This document shows positions 1 to 8,836 of a stretch of 64,000 nucleotides of DNA, in pieces; within the stretch, counting starts at the first letter, position 1, and every line of letters begins with the position of its first letter. The position numbers and the translations under genes were made by a program. Below the pieces are notes generated by a model. That model worked only from the letters and a program-made list of their open reading frames with translations, had not been told where the DNA came from and did not search any database. Origin of the DNA: a virus (taxonomy: Duplodnaviria > Caudoviricetes). The stretch spans positions 1-64,000 of the IMG/VR virus record IMGVR_UViG_2739368068_000001. One strand, 5' to 3'.

Positions 1-1358
1 TCGGTGGTGTAGATGCCGTACCGCAGCGCGTCCAGGCTGTGATCGTCGGCCTTGATCGGCACGTCGTCGCCTTTCTGCGCCTTCTTGTCGTCCCAGGCGT
101 AGCCGGGGAACTCGTCGATCAGCGCCCGGCATGACCGGTGGACCAGCAGCCGGCCCGTGGCCAGCAGTGACGCCACGGTTCGGATCCCGTCGAGCACCGA
201 GTTACGGGCCCGGGTCGGAAGGATCACCCCGCCGTCGTTCAGTTCGGTGATGAACGACGCGGCCGACGGGTCGACGCACGTCCATTCCGGACTGACGCCA
301 CGGTGTTGCCGGGGCCGGCCGGTCAGCGGATCCGGGCCCGGGCTCGCCCCGGGGATCGGCACGTCGGCGAGCCATGCGGTGAGCGCGTCGGCGTACTGCC
401 GGTCGGTCCGCTGCCGCAGCGTGCGGCGGGAGTCGTACCGGTACTCACTGACCACGTACAGCCGCCGGTCGACTCCCAGGCCGATCAGCACGGCAGCGAA
501 CGGGTTCGACGTGCCGTAGTCGACGCCGACGGACAGCCACCGCTCGATCAGCGGCAACTCGTGATCATCGACAATGTGCCGATCTTCGTCCCACATGTCA
601 TAGATCGCGCCTTCGGCGGCAACCCACAAGCCGAGAATGAACCGCTTATAGAACAAACCGGTAAATTGGGCTTTGTAGTTGGCCTTCTTCGCCGCCGACA
701 GCACCGGGTTGTCATCGATCGTGAAGTGCCAGTGCCGCAGGTTCATCGCCGGCTCGTCGGCCCGCAGCAGGTAGTCCCGCCGCAGGTAGTGAGCCGGGTT
801 GTCCGGGTTCGTCGTCGCAAAGATCTTCGCCGCGTCGACGCTCGTACGGCCGAGAAGCTGCACCCAGAACTCACGTGGGACTAGCGTCGCCTCGTCGACG
901 TACGCGCCGACACAGGTCAGGCCACGCAACCGCGACTCTGACCGGGCGTCGTTCGCGCCGATCACGTCGACGACCCGGCCGAGGATGACCGCGACGTTCG
1001 CGCCCGGCGTGTAGTGCACTTCCGACGCGAGCGCGCCGAAGATCGCCGGGTCGGTGAGCACCGAGAACACGTTGCGGTTGAGCGTGTCTTTCGTCCGGCC
1101 GATCATGACGAGCCGGCCACCGGTCGGCGCGGTGCGGATGTAGAGCAGCCACCGCAGCAGCGACGCCACAGTCTTGCCGGACCGGATCGCCCCGGTCCAC
1201 AGGTTGATCTGCGCCCGGGACTGGCGGATGGACGCGATCTGCGCCGGCGACAGCCGGGGCGCTTCGGCGGTAATCACCGGCTGGACGCGGGTGGTCGACC
1301 GGGGCCGGCCCGGTTGTACCGGGTGCCGGGCCGCCGCCGTGGTGGTGGCGGCCGTCAC
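1..1358 (-). CDS. terL: Terminase large subunit (PBSX-like), 3' end runs off the window
   Basis: Hand translation: Walker A WTGAIRSGKT, LRGLTCVGAYVDEA (Walker B), FATTNPDNP, nuclease-domain VGVDYGTSNPF and KADDHSLDALRY. The GTG at 1358 overlaps the upstream TGA (GTGA). Not in the ORF track because there is no stop codon in the window. Confidence 0.93.
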   Translation of the reverse strand, partial: MTAATTTAAARHPVQPGRPRSTTRVQPVITAEAPRLSPAQIASIRQSRAQINLWTGAIRSGKTVASLLRWLLYIRTAPTGGRLVMIGRTKDTLNRNVFSVLTDPAIFGALASEVHYTPGANVAVILGRVVDVIGANDARSESRLRGLTCVGAYVDEATLVPREFWVQLLGRTSVDAAKIFATTNPDNPAHYLRRDYLLRADEPAMNLRHWHFTIDDNPVLSAAKKANYKAQFTGLFYKRFILGLWVAAEGAIYDMWDEDRHIVDDHELPLIERWLSVGVDYGTSNPFAAVLIGLGVDRRLYVVSEYRYDSRRTLRQRTDRQYADALTAWLADVPIPGASPGPDPLTGRPRQHRGVSPEWTCVDPSAASFITELNDGGVILPTRARNSVLDGIRTVASLLATGRLLVHRSCRALIDEFPGYAWDDKKAQKGDDVPIKADDHSLDALRYGIYTT

Positions 1359-1966
1359 TGCCCGCCCCCGTCGATCGGCGGCGGGGTGTACCCGTCGTCG
1401 TCGCCCGGCTCGCCGGCGAGCTGCTCCGGCGTCGGCAGCGGCACCGGATAGCCGTCGTCGATGTCGGCCTCTCCGTCCGGGTGCAGACCGAGTCCGTAGA
1501 CCAGGGCGTCGACGAGACTCAGCGCGCGCTGGTCGGCACCGTCCTTCGTGTCGAACCGGATCAGCGCCATGTGCTTATCGGCGGCGATCCCGGCGGCGGT
1601 GAGCGCCTGCCGGACCTCGGACAGCGGCGGCTCGTCCAGCTCGACCCGGTGCACGTCGTCTTTCGTCGCGACGTAGTACACGTATCGGGCGGTCGCCCGG
1701 GCGGCGATGTGCTCGGCGAGGTCGAGCATCGTTTGCGCGAGCCGGCCGCGCTGCGCCGCCATGTCGGCGACCCTCGCCCGCGTCGCGTTTTTGGTCTGGG
1801 CACGTGCGAACGCGTCCGGCAGGCCGATGTCCTTGGCGATGCGGCGCACGGTGGACGGGCTGACGCCGTGGTCGGCGGCGATGCCGCGACAGGAGGCGGT
1901 GCCGTTGCCGTCGCGTATGGCCTGCTCGATCGCGGCGCGGCGGTCGGGGTCGAGTGCTGCGGGCAT
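1355..1966 (-). CDS. Probable terminase small subunit with N-terminal HTH
   Basis: Lies directly upstream of terL and is translationally coupled to it. HTH-like SCRGIAADHGVSPSTVRRIAK followed by a helical region. Confidence 0.7.
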   Translation of the reverse strand: MPAALDPDRRAAIEQAIRDGNGTASCRGIAADHGVSPSTVRRIAKDIGLPDAFARAQTKNATRARVADMAAQRGRLAQTMLDLAEHIAARATARYVYYVATKDDVHRVELDEPPLSEVRQALTAAGIAADKHMALIRFDTKDGADQRALSLVDALVYGLGLHPDGEADIDDGYPVPLPTPEQLAGEPGDDDGYTPPPIDGGGQ

Positions 1967-2173
1967 GACGGTTCCACCCCCTGTGCAGCGTTTGGGGGCA
2001 GCGTTGGCCGTCGAGGTCGTGTGGCTTCGTGGCGCGGCCCGGTGCCCGACCGGGACAGCTCCCCGGCGCCTGGCCGGGTGCCGGATACGACGCAGCGCCC
2101 GGTGGTCGTTGGACACACTGCGGGCGCTGCGGATGGCGTTGGATTGACAGTTTGGTACGTGCGTGCCAACCCG

Positions 2174-2518
2174 TCAAGCTGCTACGGGTTCGGGCGGGTC
2201 GTGTCGTGTGGTGCGGGGTTGGCGGCCTCGGTGGCGGCCGACGCGGGCGCGGCGGGTGGCGGTTTCGACGCGGACGACGTCGTGCCAGCGGTAGACGTTT
2301 TCCGGGCCGCTGGTGCCTCTGGCCCGGGCGGGCTGGTCGGGGTCGATGTCGGCGGGTACGTGGTAGCCGAGGGCGGCGGCGAGTTCCCCGACGGTGACGG
2401 GGCGGATCTTCTCGCTGGCGACCCAGGTTCGGAGTAGGCCGGGGGTGATGTCGCCGTAGCCGGGTTCGTGGCGGATTTCTGAGGCGGTGAGGTAGCGGAC
2501 GCCGTCGCGCTCGATCAT
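2174..2518 (-). CDS. MerR/Xis-like HTH DNA-binding protein
   Basis: YLTASEI...ITPGLLRTWVASEKIRP...NVYRWHDVVRVE resembles a winged HTH. RBS-like GGGGGA upstream. Confidence 0.55.
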   Translation of the reverse strand: MIERDGVRYLTASEIRHEPGYGDITPGLLRTWVASEKIRPVTVGELAAALGYHVPADIDPDQPARARGTSGPENVYRWHDVVRVETATRRARVGRHRGRQPRTTRHDPPEPVAA

Positions 2519-2659
2519 GTTGCTGTCCCCCGTTGTGACTGTGTGTTACGGGTTTGCGGGGTGGTGCGGTGTTGGGCCGGTGATCCCGGCATCGAAACTG
2601 AGCGGTAACCGTGCAGGTTTCATGTTTGGTGGCTGTGTGTTATATCGACGGTCACGGTT

Positions 2660-2944
2660 CTAGTCGTGGTTGGGTGGGACGAGCGAGATAGCGGCGACCG
2701 GGGCGACCGGCGGGCGGCTGCCGCGCTCCAGCCATTCGGCGAACTGTTCGGCGACCGCGATCACGGCGCTGACCTGGTCCCCGTCGCTGGCGATCGCTGG
2801 CGGCCGGGGCGGGGCGCCTCTGCCCGGGGTGTAGGTCGCGTACGGGGCGCTGGGCCCGTCAACGACGAGTGTGGTCGCCATCTCCAGGGCGTGCATGCGG
2901 ATGGCGAGGACCCGATCGGGCTGGTCGGTGGGGTGGTCGGTCAT
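2660..2944 (-). CDS. Hypothetical protein
   Basis: AGGAAGG RBS, and part of a closely packed minus-strand gene run. Confidence 0.5.
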   Translation of the reverse strand: MTDHPTDQPDRVLAIRMHALEMATTLVVDGPSAPYATYTPGRGAPPRPPAIASDGDQVSAVIAVAEQFAEWLERGSRPPVAPVAAISLVPPNHD

Positions 2945-2978
2945 GCGGGGGCCTTCCTGTACCTGCGGGGGTGGATGG

Positions 2979-3326
2979 TCAGCGGCGTCGGCGTCGGCGC
3001 CGGCGGTGTCGGCTGTGCTGGCGGGGCCGGTAGAGGCGGTGCGCGTCCTGGATCCGGGCGGCCCGGTCGCGTAGGTGTCGGGATCGGAGCGGCAGGCCGC
3101 ACAGGATCCGGATCGCGACGTGGGTCAGCAGGGATGCGCGGGTTACGCGGATCACGGCTCGGCGGCGGTAGAAGCCTCCCGGGGGCAGCTCGTCGGCCGG
3201 CGTCTCGGCGGGGAACCGCGGCCCGGGGTCGCCGGTGTATCCGACGTCGACGAACTCGCGGCCGACGTCGAGCGTCGTGGGCGGGTCGGCGCCGACGGGG
3301 CCGGCCCACACCCGGCCGGCGCTCAC
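2979..3326 (-). CDS. Hypothetical protein
   Basis: GTGA-coupled to the upstream ORF. The C-terminus is low complexity and its frame is uncertain. Confidence 0.3.
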   Translation of the reverse strand: MSAGRVWAGPVGADPPTTLDVGREFVDVGYTGDPGPRFPAETPADELPPGGFYRRRAVIRVTRASLLTHVAIRILCGLPLRSRHLRDRAARIQDAHRLYRPRQHSRHRRRRRRRR

Positions 3327-3874
3327 CGGTCGGCGCCGACGGTCGGCGCCGGCTCACCGGCGTGGAACCACGGCGGGCAGCACGGCCGCAGGTCCGGCAG
3401 CGCGGTAATCGCCTGCTCGGCCAGCCGGCGGATCCGGTCGGCCATCGGGTCGACGTCGGCGGCGGCGGCTTCGGTGACCAGTTCGTCGTATCCGGCTGTC
3501 GTGCGAACGTCGTACAGGGTCGGCTCCGCCCGTCCGGTGACCGACGCCGGCACCACCACCACGATCCGTACGGCGAAGTTGGGGAAGGTGAGGTTTACCG
3601 CCTGGAGGTTGTAGGCGGCGGCGGCGTCGCCGTCGAGGTGGTGCCCGCACGGGTGCAGGGTGAGCCGGTCGAGGTCCGGCGCACCGGCGACCGGACGCGG
3701 GGCGAGGCCGACGACGCCGGCAACCTGACTGGCCCGGGCGCGGAACCGGCCGACCGCCGGATCGGCACCGCCGAGCGGCTCATACTCGCCACCCTGGTCA
3801 AGGTCGGTCGTCTGGACCGGTCTTCCGCAGTCGGGACAGTCCGGAAATACATAGTTCGGGTTGCTCGATGTCAC
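3323..3874 (-). CDS. Hypothetical protein with CPDCG and PCGH motifs
   Basis: GTGA overlaps at both ends. Confidence 0.55.
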   Translation of the reverse strand: MTSSNPNYVFPDCPDCGRPVQTTDLDQGGEYEPLGGADPAVGRFRARASQVAGVVGLAPRPVAGAPDLDRLTLHPCGHHLDGDAAAAYNLQAVNLTFPNFAVRIVVVVPASVTGRAEPTLYDVRTTAGYDELVTEAAAADVDPMADRIRRLAEQAITALPDLRPCCPPWFHAGEPAPTVGADR

Positions 3875-5001
3875 TGGTTGGGGTCCTTTCTCCGACGGCG
3901 GCGCGGTGGCGTGGCCTGCGGTTTCTTGTCGAGTTCAGCGGCCCGCCGGTCGTAGTCCCGGTTCATGGCGTGCGCTTCGGCGAGCACCTTCGGCCAGTCC
4001 CAGCGGCGGGTACCGGGCAGGGTCACACCGAGTCGCGCGGCGAGCCCGTCGGGGCCGTCCCAGCGGCGGGCCGGCCACACGTGCCGCCGACCCTCGCGGC
4101 GGGCGGTGCCGATCCCGCACGGGCATCCCCAGCCCAGGCAGTAGCAGTCGGGGCCCAGGCAGCGGATCGACCACTCCCGGCGTTTCGGTGAAGACACTTC
4201 CGCGTGCAGTTCCCGCGATCCGCACACCGGGCACTCTGGCGGGGTCGGGCCCGGAATCTGCCGCCGGTCGCGGCCGGCACCGGCCGCCGCTTCCGCCCGG
4301 TCGGCGGCCTCGTTGAGGACCGTTTCGACACCGGCGGCGGTCTCGACGTTGACGACGTCGACCAGGCCGACGAGGAGATCCAGGGACAGGCCGACGAGGA
4401 GATCGGTACGGTCGCAGCCGCACCAGCCGGCGGCGTAGCAGCCCGGGCAGCGGTTGCCGGTCGGCACCCGTCCGAGGTAGCAGCGGGGGCAGGCCGGCGG
4501 GTCGGCTGGCCACTCCCAGGACCAGCCGGCCGGCCGCTGTGTCACACCGGTGCCGGCGCACCAGTCGCACGGGACCACGACCGCCCGGGCCCGGTCGATG
4601 TCGATGTCGACGATCGCTCGGGCCCGGGCGGCGTCACCGGCCGGGCCCGGCCCGTGAACGTGGGTCCACAGCCGGTGGGCCAGGGTGGTGATCGCGTCCG
4701 CGATCCGCTGCCGGGCCTCGATGGCGTGCAGACGGGCCGGCGGCGGCCGGTCCCGGCCGGGCGCCATCCGCATACGGATCGACGCGGCGGCGGCGGCCCG
4801 GTCGGCGGCGAGCTGCTCGGCGAGCTGGCCAGCACGGCGGGCGGCGTCACGCGGCGGCGGCCGGTCAGCGGCCGGGCCGACCGGGCCCGGGATCCGGGCG
4901 TCGCCGAGCCACGACCACGCGGCCCGGAACCGGCCAGCGGCGGCGTGGACGTCGTCGGCCAGCCCGTCGGAGTACCCCCGGTCGGCGGCCGGCGCGGTCA
5001 C
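3871..5001 (-). CDS. Multi zinc-finger protein
   Basis: Several CxxC pairs (CDWC, CPRC, CPGC, CGC, CPVC, CLGPDCYC, CPC). Start placed at the GTG overlapping the upstream stop. Confidence 0.6.
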   Translation of the reverse strand: MTAPAADRGYSDGLADDVHAAAGRFRAAWSWLGDARIPGPVGPAADRPPPRDAARRAGQLAEQLAADRAAAAASIRMRMAPGRDRPPPARLHAIEARQRIADAITTLAHRLWTHVHGPGPAGDAARARAIVDIDIDRARAVVVPCDWCAGTGVTQRPAGWSWEWPADPPACPRCYLGRVPTGNRCPGCYAAGWCGCDRTDLLVGLSLDLLVGLVDVVNVETAAGVETVLNEAADRAEAAAGAGRDRRQIPGPTPPECPVCGSRELHAEVSSPKRREWSIRCLGPDCYCLGWGCPCGIGTARREGRRHVWPARRWDGPDGLAARLGVTLPGTRRWDWPKVLAEAHAMNRDYDRRAAELDKKPQATPPRRRRRKDPNQ

Positions 5002-5375
5002 CGGTGCGTCCGACCGACACGGCGGCGAATCAGCAGGCCACCCGTTCGTACATGTGTCCACACGTCACCGCCGGCGGATCGGAGCCGGAGCAGCGTGTCG
5101 GGGTCCGGGGCGTACCACTCCCAGCCGGGGTCGACCGGTACCCACGCCGGCCAGTCGGCGGGCCGGCCGATGGACCGGGCCCGGCCCACCTGGTCGACCG
5201 GCACGGCGGCGCAGCAGTCGGCGCGGCAGCCGATGACGGCCGGTACCCGGCCCTGGTCGACGTCGACGGTGATGGTGTAGCCGCCGCCCCGGTCGCACCG
5301 GTACGCGTCCAGCCGGCCGGCCTGAGGGGTGCGGTAGTGGCGGGGGTTGCGGCGCAGCCGGATCCGGTTACCCAT
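4998..5375 (-). CDS. Hypothetical phage protein (YRC...VIGC...EWYAP)
   Basis: Overlaps both neighbouring genes at their ends. Confidence 0.55.
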   Translation of the reverse strand: MGNRIRLRRNPRHYRTPQAGRLDAYRCDRGGGYTITVDVDQGRVPAVIGCRADCCAAVPVDQVGRARSIGRPADWPAWVPVDPGWEWYAPDPDTLLRLRSAGGDVWTHVRTGGLLIRRRVGRTHR

Positions 5376-6072
5376 CGACGCGTCCGGTCGCGCGCTGCCC
5401 GGCGCCGTACAGGCTGGCGAGGTACTGCCGCATCTGCGGTGCCAGGTGGGCGATCATCGCGGCCAGGACGTCGTCGACGGCCGACGGTGCGTCGACGGGC
5501 CGCCCGCCGACGAACCGGGCCCGGGCGGCCGTCGGTGCCGTCTCCGGTGGGGTGCAGCCACGGTAGGACCGGGGGGTGATGTCCCGCGACGGGACCGGCA
5601 CCAGGCCGGCGGCCTTCGCCGCCGCGATCACCGCGGCGACTTCCTCCGGCCGGTCGTCCGGGTCGTACGCCAGGCCCCGAAACTGCTGGGCGATCACCTG
5701 CATGTCGGCGAGCAGGCCCGGGTTGATGTCGACCGGCGCCGGCGCCGGGGCGAGGTGGGCGGGGATGTCGCCGACCAGCAGCCCGGACAGGGTGTTGACG
5801 GTCTCAGCGAGCCGGATCCGGGTCTCCTCCTGGTCGACGCCGGCGTTACGCAGCGCGGCGTCGGCGACGGCCAGGACGTCGAGCAGCAGCAGCGCCGCAT
5901 CCCGGATCCGGCCCGCGTGCAGCTCGACCATGCCGGCGGCGGCGTGCCAGACGTTGGCGGCCGGGCCGGTGCTGTCGCCGGCGCGGTCGGCTTCGGCGCG
6001 CATCGCGGCGGCCAGGCCGGCGATCGCACGCGGACCGGTGGGAGTGGTGGGTGGGGCGATGGTGGCGGTCAC
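5368..6072 (-). CDS. Hypothetical protein
   Basis: GAGAGGA RBS before the GTG at 6072. Helical Ala-rich protein. Confidence 0.55.
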   Translation of the reverse strand: MTATIAPPTTPTGPRAIAGLAAAMRAEADRAGDSTGPAANVWHAAAGMVELHAGRIRDAALLLLDVLAVADAALRNAGVDQEETRIRLAETVNTLSGLLVGDIPAHLAPAPAPVDINPGLLADMQVIAQQFRGLAYDPDDRPEEVAAVIAAAKAAGLVPVPSRDITPRSYRGCTPPETAPTAARARFVGGRPVDAPSAVDDVLAAMIAHLAPQMRQYLASLYGAGQRATGRVDG

Positions 6073-6449
6073 GGCGACGTGTCCTCTCGGGAGGGTTGCG
6101 GGGGTACGGTGCAGCGCCGGCCGGGCCGGCGCGGTTCCTCGGTGCGGAAGGCGGGGCAGGCGCAGCAGGACCACACGAGCCGACCAGCCTGAATCGCGGC
6201 GTGCCAGTGGTGCCGGCACCAGGTGACGTCGACGAGTCCGGCCCATGCGGCGCGGACGATGCCGAACAGTACGGCGATCGCGGCGTGGCCGGCGACGGCC
6301 AGCGAAAAGATCCGCTGGCCGGGCCGGTGCTTCCTGTGTCGACCTGCGCCGCTACCGGTGGACACGGAACGACCCGCCACGCCGGTACGGCGGTGGCGGG
6401 TCGACGGGCCCGGACATGCGGGCCGGGTGGATGGTGCGGACAGCCTCAA
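6069..6449 (-). CDS. Hypothetical protein, start uncertain
   Basis: Cys/His cluster at the C-terminus. An RBS-led ATG upstream is in another frame and gives only a short peptide. Confidence 0.3.
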   Translation of the reverse strand: MRLSAPSTRPACPGPSTRHRRTGVAGRSVSTGSGAGRHRKHRPGQRIFSLAVAGHAAIAVLFGIVRAAWAGLVDVTWCRHHWHAAIQAGRLVWSCCACPAFRTEEPRRPGRRCTVPPQPSREDTSP

Positions 6450-6631
6450 CGGCGGCAGGGTGCATCGTGCGCTCCTGTAGGTAGTTCCCGATACCTACGA
6501 CCACCCCGGCGGGTCACCGGCCGGGGTTGTGCCTCCCCGACCGGAACGCCTGTGCGAGCGTTCACCCGGCGGCGCGGTGTTCGATCACTGTAGCGCGCAA
6601 CAGCCCGCCTGCCAGCGCGGAACCGGTGTGA

Positions 6632-7681
6632 TCAGATGACCGGACGGTCAGGACGGGTCGCCGCTTCGATCTGCAACCGTTCGGCGCGTATCAGGTAGCC
6701 GGTCAGGGTCGCCGAGTTCGTCGACAGGCCGGCCTCGTCGGCGAGTTGGTCGATCGGCAGCCCGTTGACGCGGTTGCGGACGATCCCAGCGATCCGCAGC
6801 GACCGGAACTGGAACCGGCCGGGGTCGGTCACGCCGGCGCGGACCAGCATCGCGAGCAGGACATCCCACAGGCTTGCCTCGTTCATGCGGCCGTCGTCGG
6901 GCATCCCGCCGGCGCAGCGGTCGATGCCGCCAACGTTGCCGTTGCGGTCGATACCGCGTACCAGCCACGCCGCCCCGCCCTCGCCGCGTTCCTTCAGGTA
7001 GCGGATCCATTCGGCGGCCGCTTCGACCGGGCAGAGTTCGGGTCGGTGCTCGCCGGCAATCGTCCAGTGCGGAACCGTCACGTCCCTGTCTGGTATGCCG
7101 GTGCGGTGGTGCGGCACCTGGACGATCGACACGCCCGACCGGCCGATCGAGATTTGCCGGAGGCGGATCGACACCAGTTGTTTCCCGGTGAGCATGCCGG
7201 CGTAGGCGAGCAGCAGCACACAGGCATCGCGGCGGCCTCGGACGGTCGCCCGGTCGAGAGAGGCCAGGATGTTGATCGCTTCGCCGAGCTGCAACGCGTC
7301 GACGCGTCGTGGTTTCCAGCCGGCTCGGGCGAGGCTAGCCTGATGATCCTGTAGCACAGCGAGCGCGGGCACACCGTCGGGAACCGGTTGCCCATGCAGG
7401 CGATGCCACGCCCGTACCGACGCGATTTCGCGTTTGATGGTCGCGGGTGCCTTGCCCTGTTGTGCCAGGTGGCCGGCGTACAGGGCGAGGGTTTCGGAGG
7501 TGGCGGGGATGGCGGTCCAGCCTTCACCAGCAGCCCACGCCCGGAACTTGCCCCACCCGTCGGCGTACTTCTCGGCCGTCGACGCTGACCAGCGGTCGAG
7601 GACTTTCCGGGCTCGGACCGGTGTCGTTAGCGACAGGTCCAGGACAGAGATCACTCGCGCGTGGCCCATCGGAGCGGGCAT
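6632..7681 (-). CDS. Cre-like tyrosine recombinase with a degenerate active site
   Basis: N-terminal core-binding domain (STAEKYADGWGKFRAW, KAPATIKREIASV), then GRRDACVLLLAY, LCPVEA, RSLR and TLTGY. GGAGG RBS. Confidence 0.85.
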   Translation of the reverse strand: MPAPMGHARVISVLDLSLTTPVRARKVLDRWSASTAEKYADGWGKFRAWAAGEGWTAIPATSETLALYAGHLAQQGKAPATIKREIASVRAWHRLHGQPVPDGVPALAVLQDHQASLARAGWKPRRVDALQLGEAINILASLDRATVRGRRDACVLLLAYAGMLTGKQLVSIRLRQISIGRSGVSIVQVPHHRTGIPDRDVTVPHWTIAGEHRPELCPVEAAAEWIRYLKERGEGGAAWLVRGIDRNGNVGGIDRCAGGMPDDGRMNEASLWDVLLAMLVRAGVTDPGRFQFRSLRIAGIVRNRVNGLPIDQLADEAGLSTNSATLTGYLIRAERLQIEAATRPDRPVI

Positions 7682-7713
7682 TCCGGTTACCTCCTGATGT
7701 TGACCGGGGCAGC

Positions 7714-7747
7714 CTAACCCGTGGGAATAGCGGTTCCTAGGGGTTAG
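7714..7747. promoter_or_regulatory. lox/dif-like 14-6-14 imperfect dyad upstream of the recombinase
   Basis: CTAACCCGTGGGAA-TAGCGG-TTCCTAGGGGTTAG, with 12 of 14 arm positions complementary. Overlaps a minus-strand TAGGCT -10-like box. Confidence 0.45.
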
Positions 7748-7855
7748 CGGCGACGGACACGCCTCCCGGCCTGCTGATATTTATTTTGGTGACTGGCTAT
7801 TTTCCATGCAGGGTCACTGCCTAGCTCCGATGACGGGAGGGGCCGTGACTGTGCG

Positions 7856-8044
7856 TTACGTCTGGTGTCGGTTCAGGCCGCGCTCGGCTGACCGACGCAC
7901 GATCAGTTCCGCCGTGGTGAGGAGCCAGCAGCCGCGACGGCTGCGGCGGAGCCAGCCGAAGCCGGTGGGGCGGCGGGCGATGGCGCAGAAATGGCACGTC
8001 GCGGGGTCATGTGATCGGCTGATGGCGTGGGCGGTGTCGATCAC
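7856..8044 (-). CDS. Small hypothetical protein
   Basis: AAGAGG RBS before the GTG. HDPATCHFC motif. Confidence 0.45.
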   Translation of the reverse strand: MIDTAHAISRSHDPATCHFCAIARRPTGFGWLRRSRRGCWLLTTAELIVRRSAERGLNRHQT

Positions 8045-8130
8045 GTGTGCCTCTTTGGCGGCGTGGGCCGCCGCCGCGTCCACTTCGGATGTTGACGGTC
8101 GGGCCGGTGGTGGCGTCCGTCTCTCGCGGG

Positions 8131-8409
8131 TCACTGTGCTGGTCCGGGTGGCGTGGCCGGGCCGGGGATCGGCACGGTGGGGACGGCCGGCGCTGGTGGC
8201 GGCGGTGTGACGGGGCCGCCGAGGTCGGGCAGGTAGTGGCGGCCGGGCTCGGGTGGGAGTTCGGCGGCCAGGGCGAGCACGCGGATACGCGCGGCGTCCT
8301 GTTCGGCCTGCTGGATCTGAGCGCCGATGGCTTCGCCGTACTCGCGTAGCGCGTTGGCGTGGGCCGCGTCTATGGCTGCTCGTAGTCGTTGGGGCCAGTC
8401 CCACAGCAT
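8131..8409 (-). CDS. Hypothetical protein
   Basis: AAGGGGAG RBS before the ATG at 8409. The ORF track extends the frame to 8679. Confidence 0.45.
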   Translation of the reverse strand: MLWDWPQRLRAAIDAAHANALREYGEAIGAQIQQAEQDAARIRVLALAAELPPEPGRHYLPDLGGPVTPPPPAPAVPTVPIPGPATPPGPAQ

Positions 8410-8760
8410 GTCGTCGACTCCCCTTGCCGGGCCGGTACCGGTGGGGCGGAGGGGGCGGCGGGCGAACACCACGAACGACGCCGCCGCTCCCCTCCGCGTC
8501 AGACTGCGGACGGTTCCGGCCGGCTCGTGGGGGGGCCTGGCCGGGACCGGCCGCAGCCAGTCTCGGGTGAGTGGCCGGGAGGGTGCCGCGCGGCTCGCAC
8601 GGGGGTGCTGGTATCCCGCTCGCTGCCTAGGGGCCGTACGACGCGCGGCACCTTCCCGGGGCTTGTCTGGCTTGGCCACTGGTGCGACTGATCAGCCAAG
8701 CCGTACGATGAGACTAGAGTCGATGTGACGCGCGCAACAAGCGTCGACACGCAATGTATT

Positions 8761-8774
8761 CTGGTACGTACCAG
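8761..8774. promoter_or_regulatory. Perfect palindrome, candidate GntR/HutC operator
   Basis: CTGGTACGTACCAG (TGGT-N4-ACCA) in the divergent promoter region upstream of the GntR gene. Confidence 0.5.
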
Positions 8775-8836
8775 GCGTACCGGGCAGACCATGCGAACCA
8801 GGCAGCCAGGCAGCCAGGGAGCCAGGGAGACCTACA

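Noticed and set aside
2666-6600. Long plus-strand ORFs such as 2666-3955 and 4204-5280, and similar ones throughout
   Set aside because: They are antisense shadows of coupled minus-strand genes in GC-rich DNA, with no RBS or recognisable motifs.
6632-7810. Active integrase with attP
   Set aside because: The catalytic residues look degenerate, and no arm-type sites or tRNA-like core were seen.
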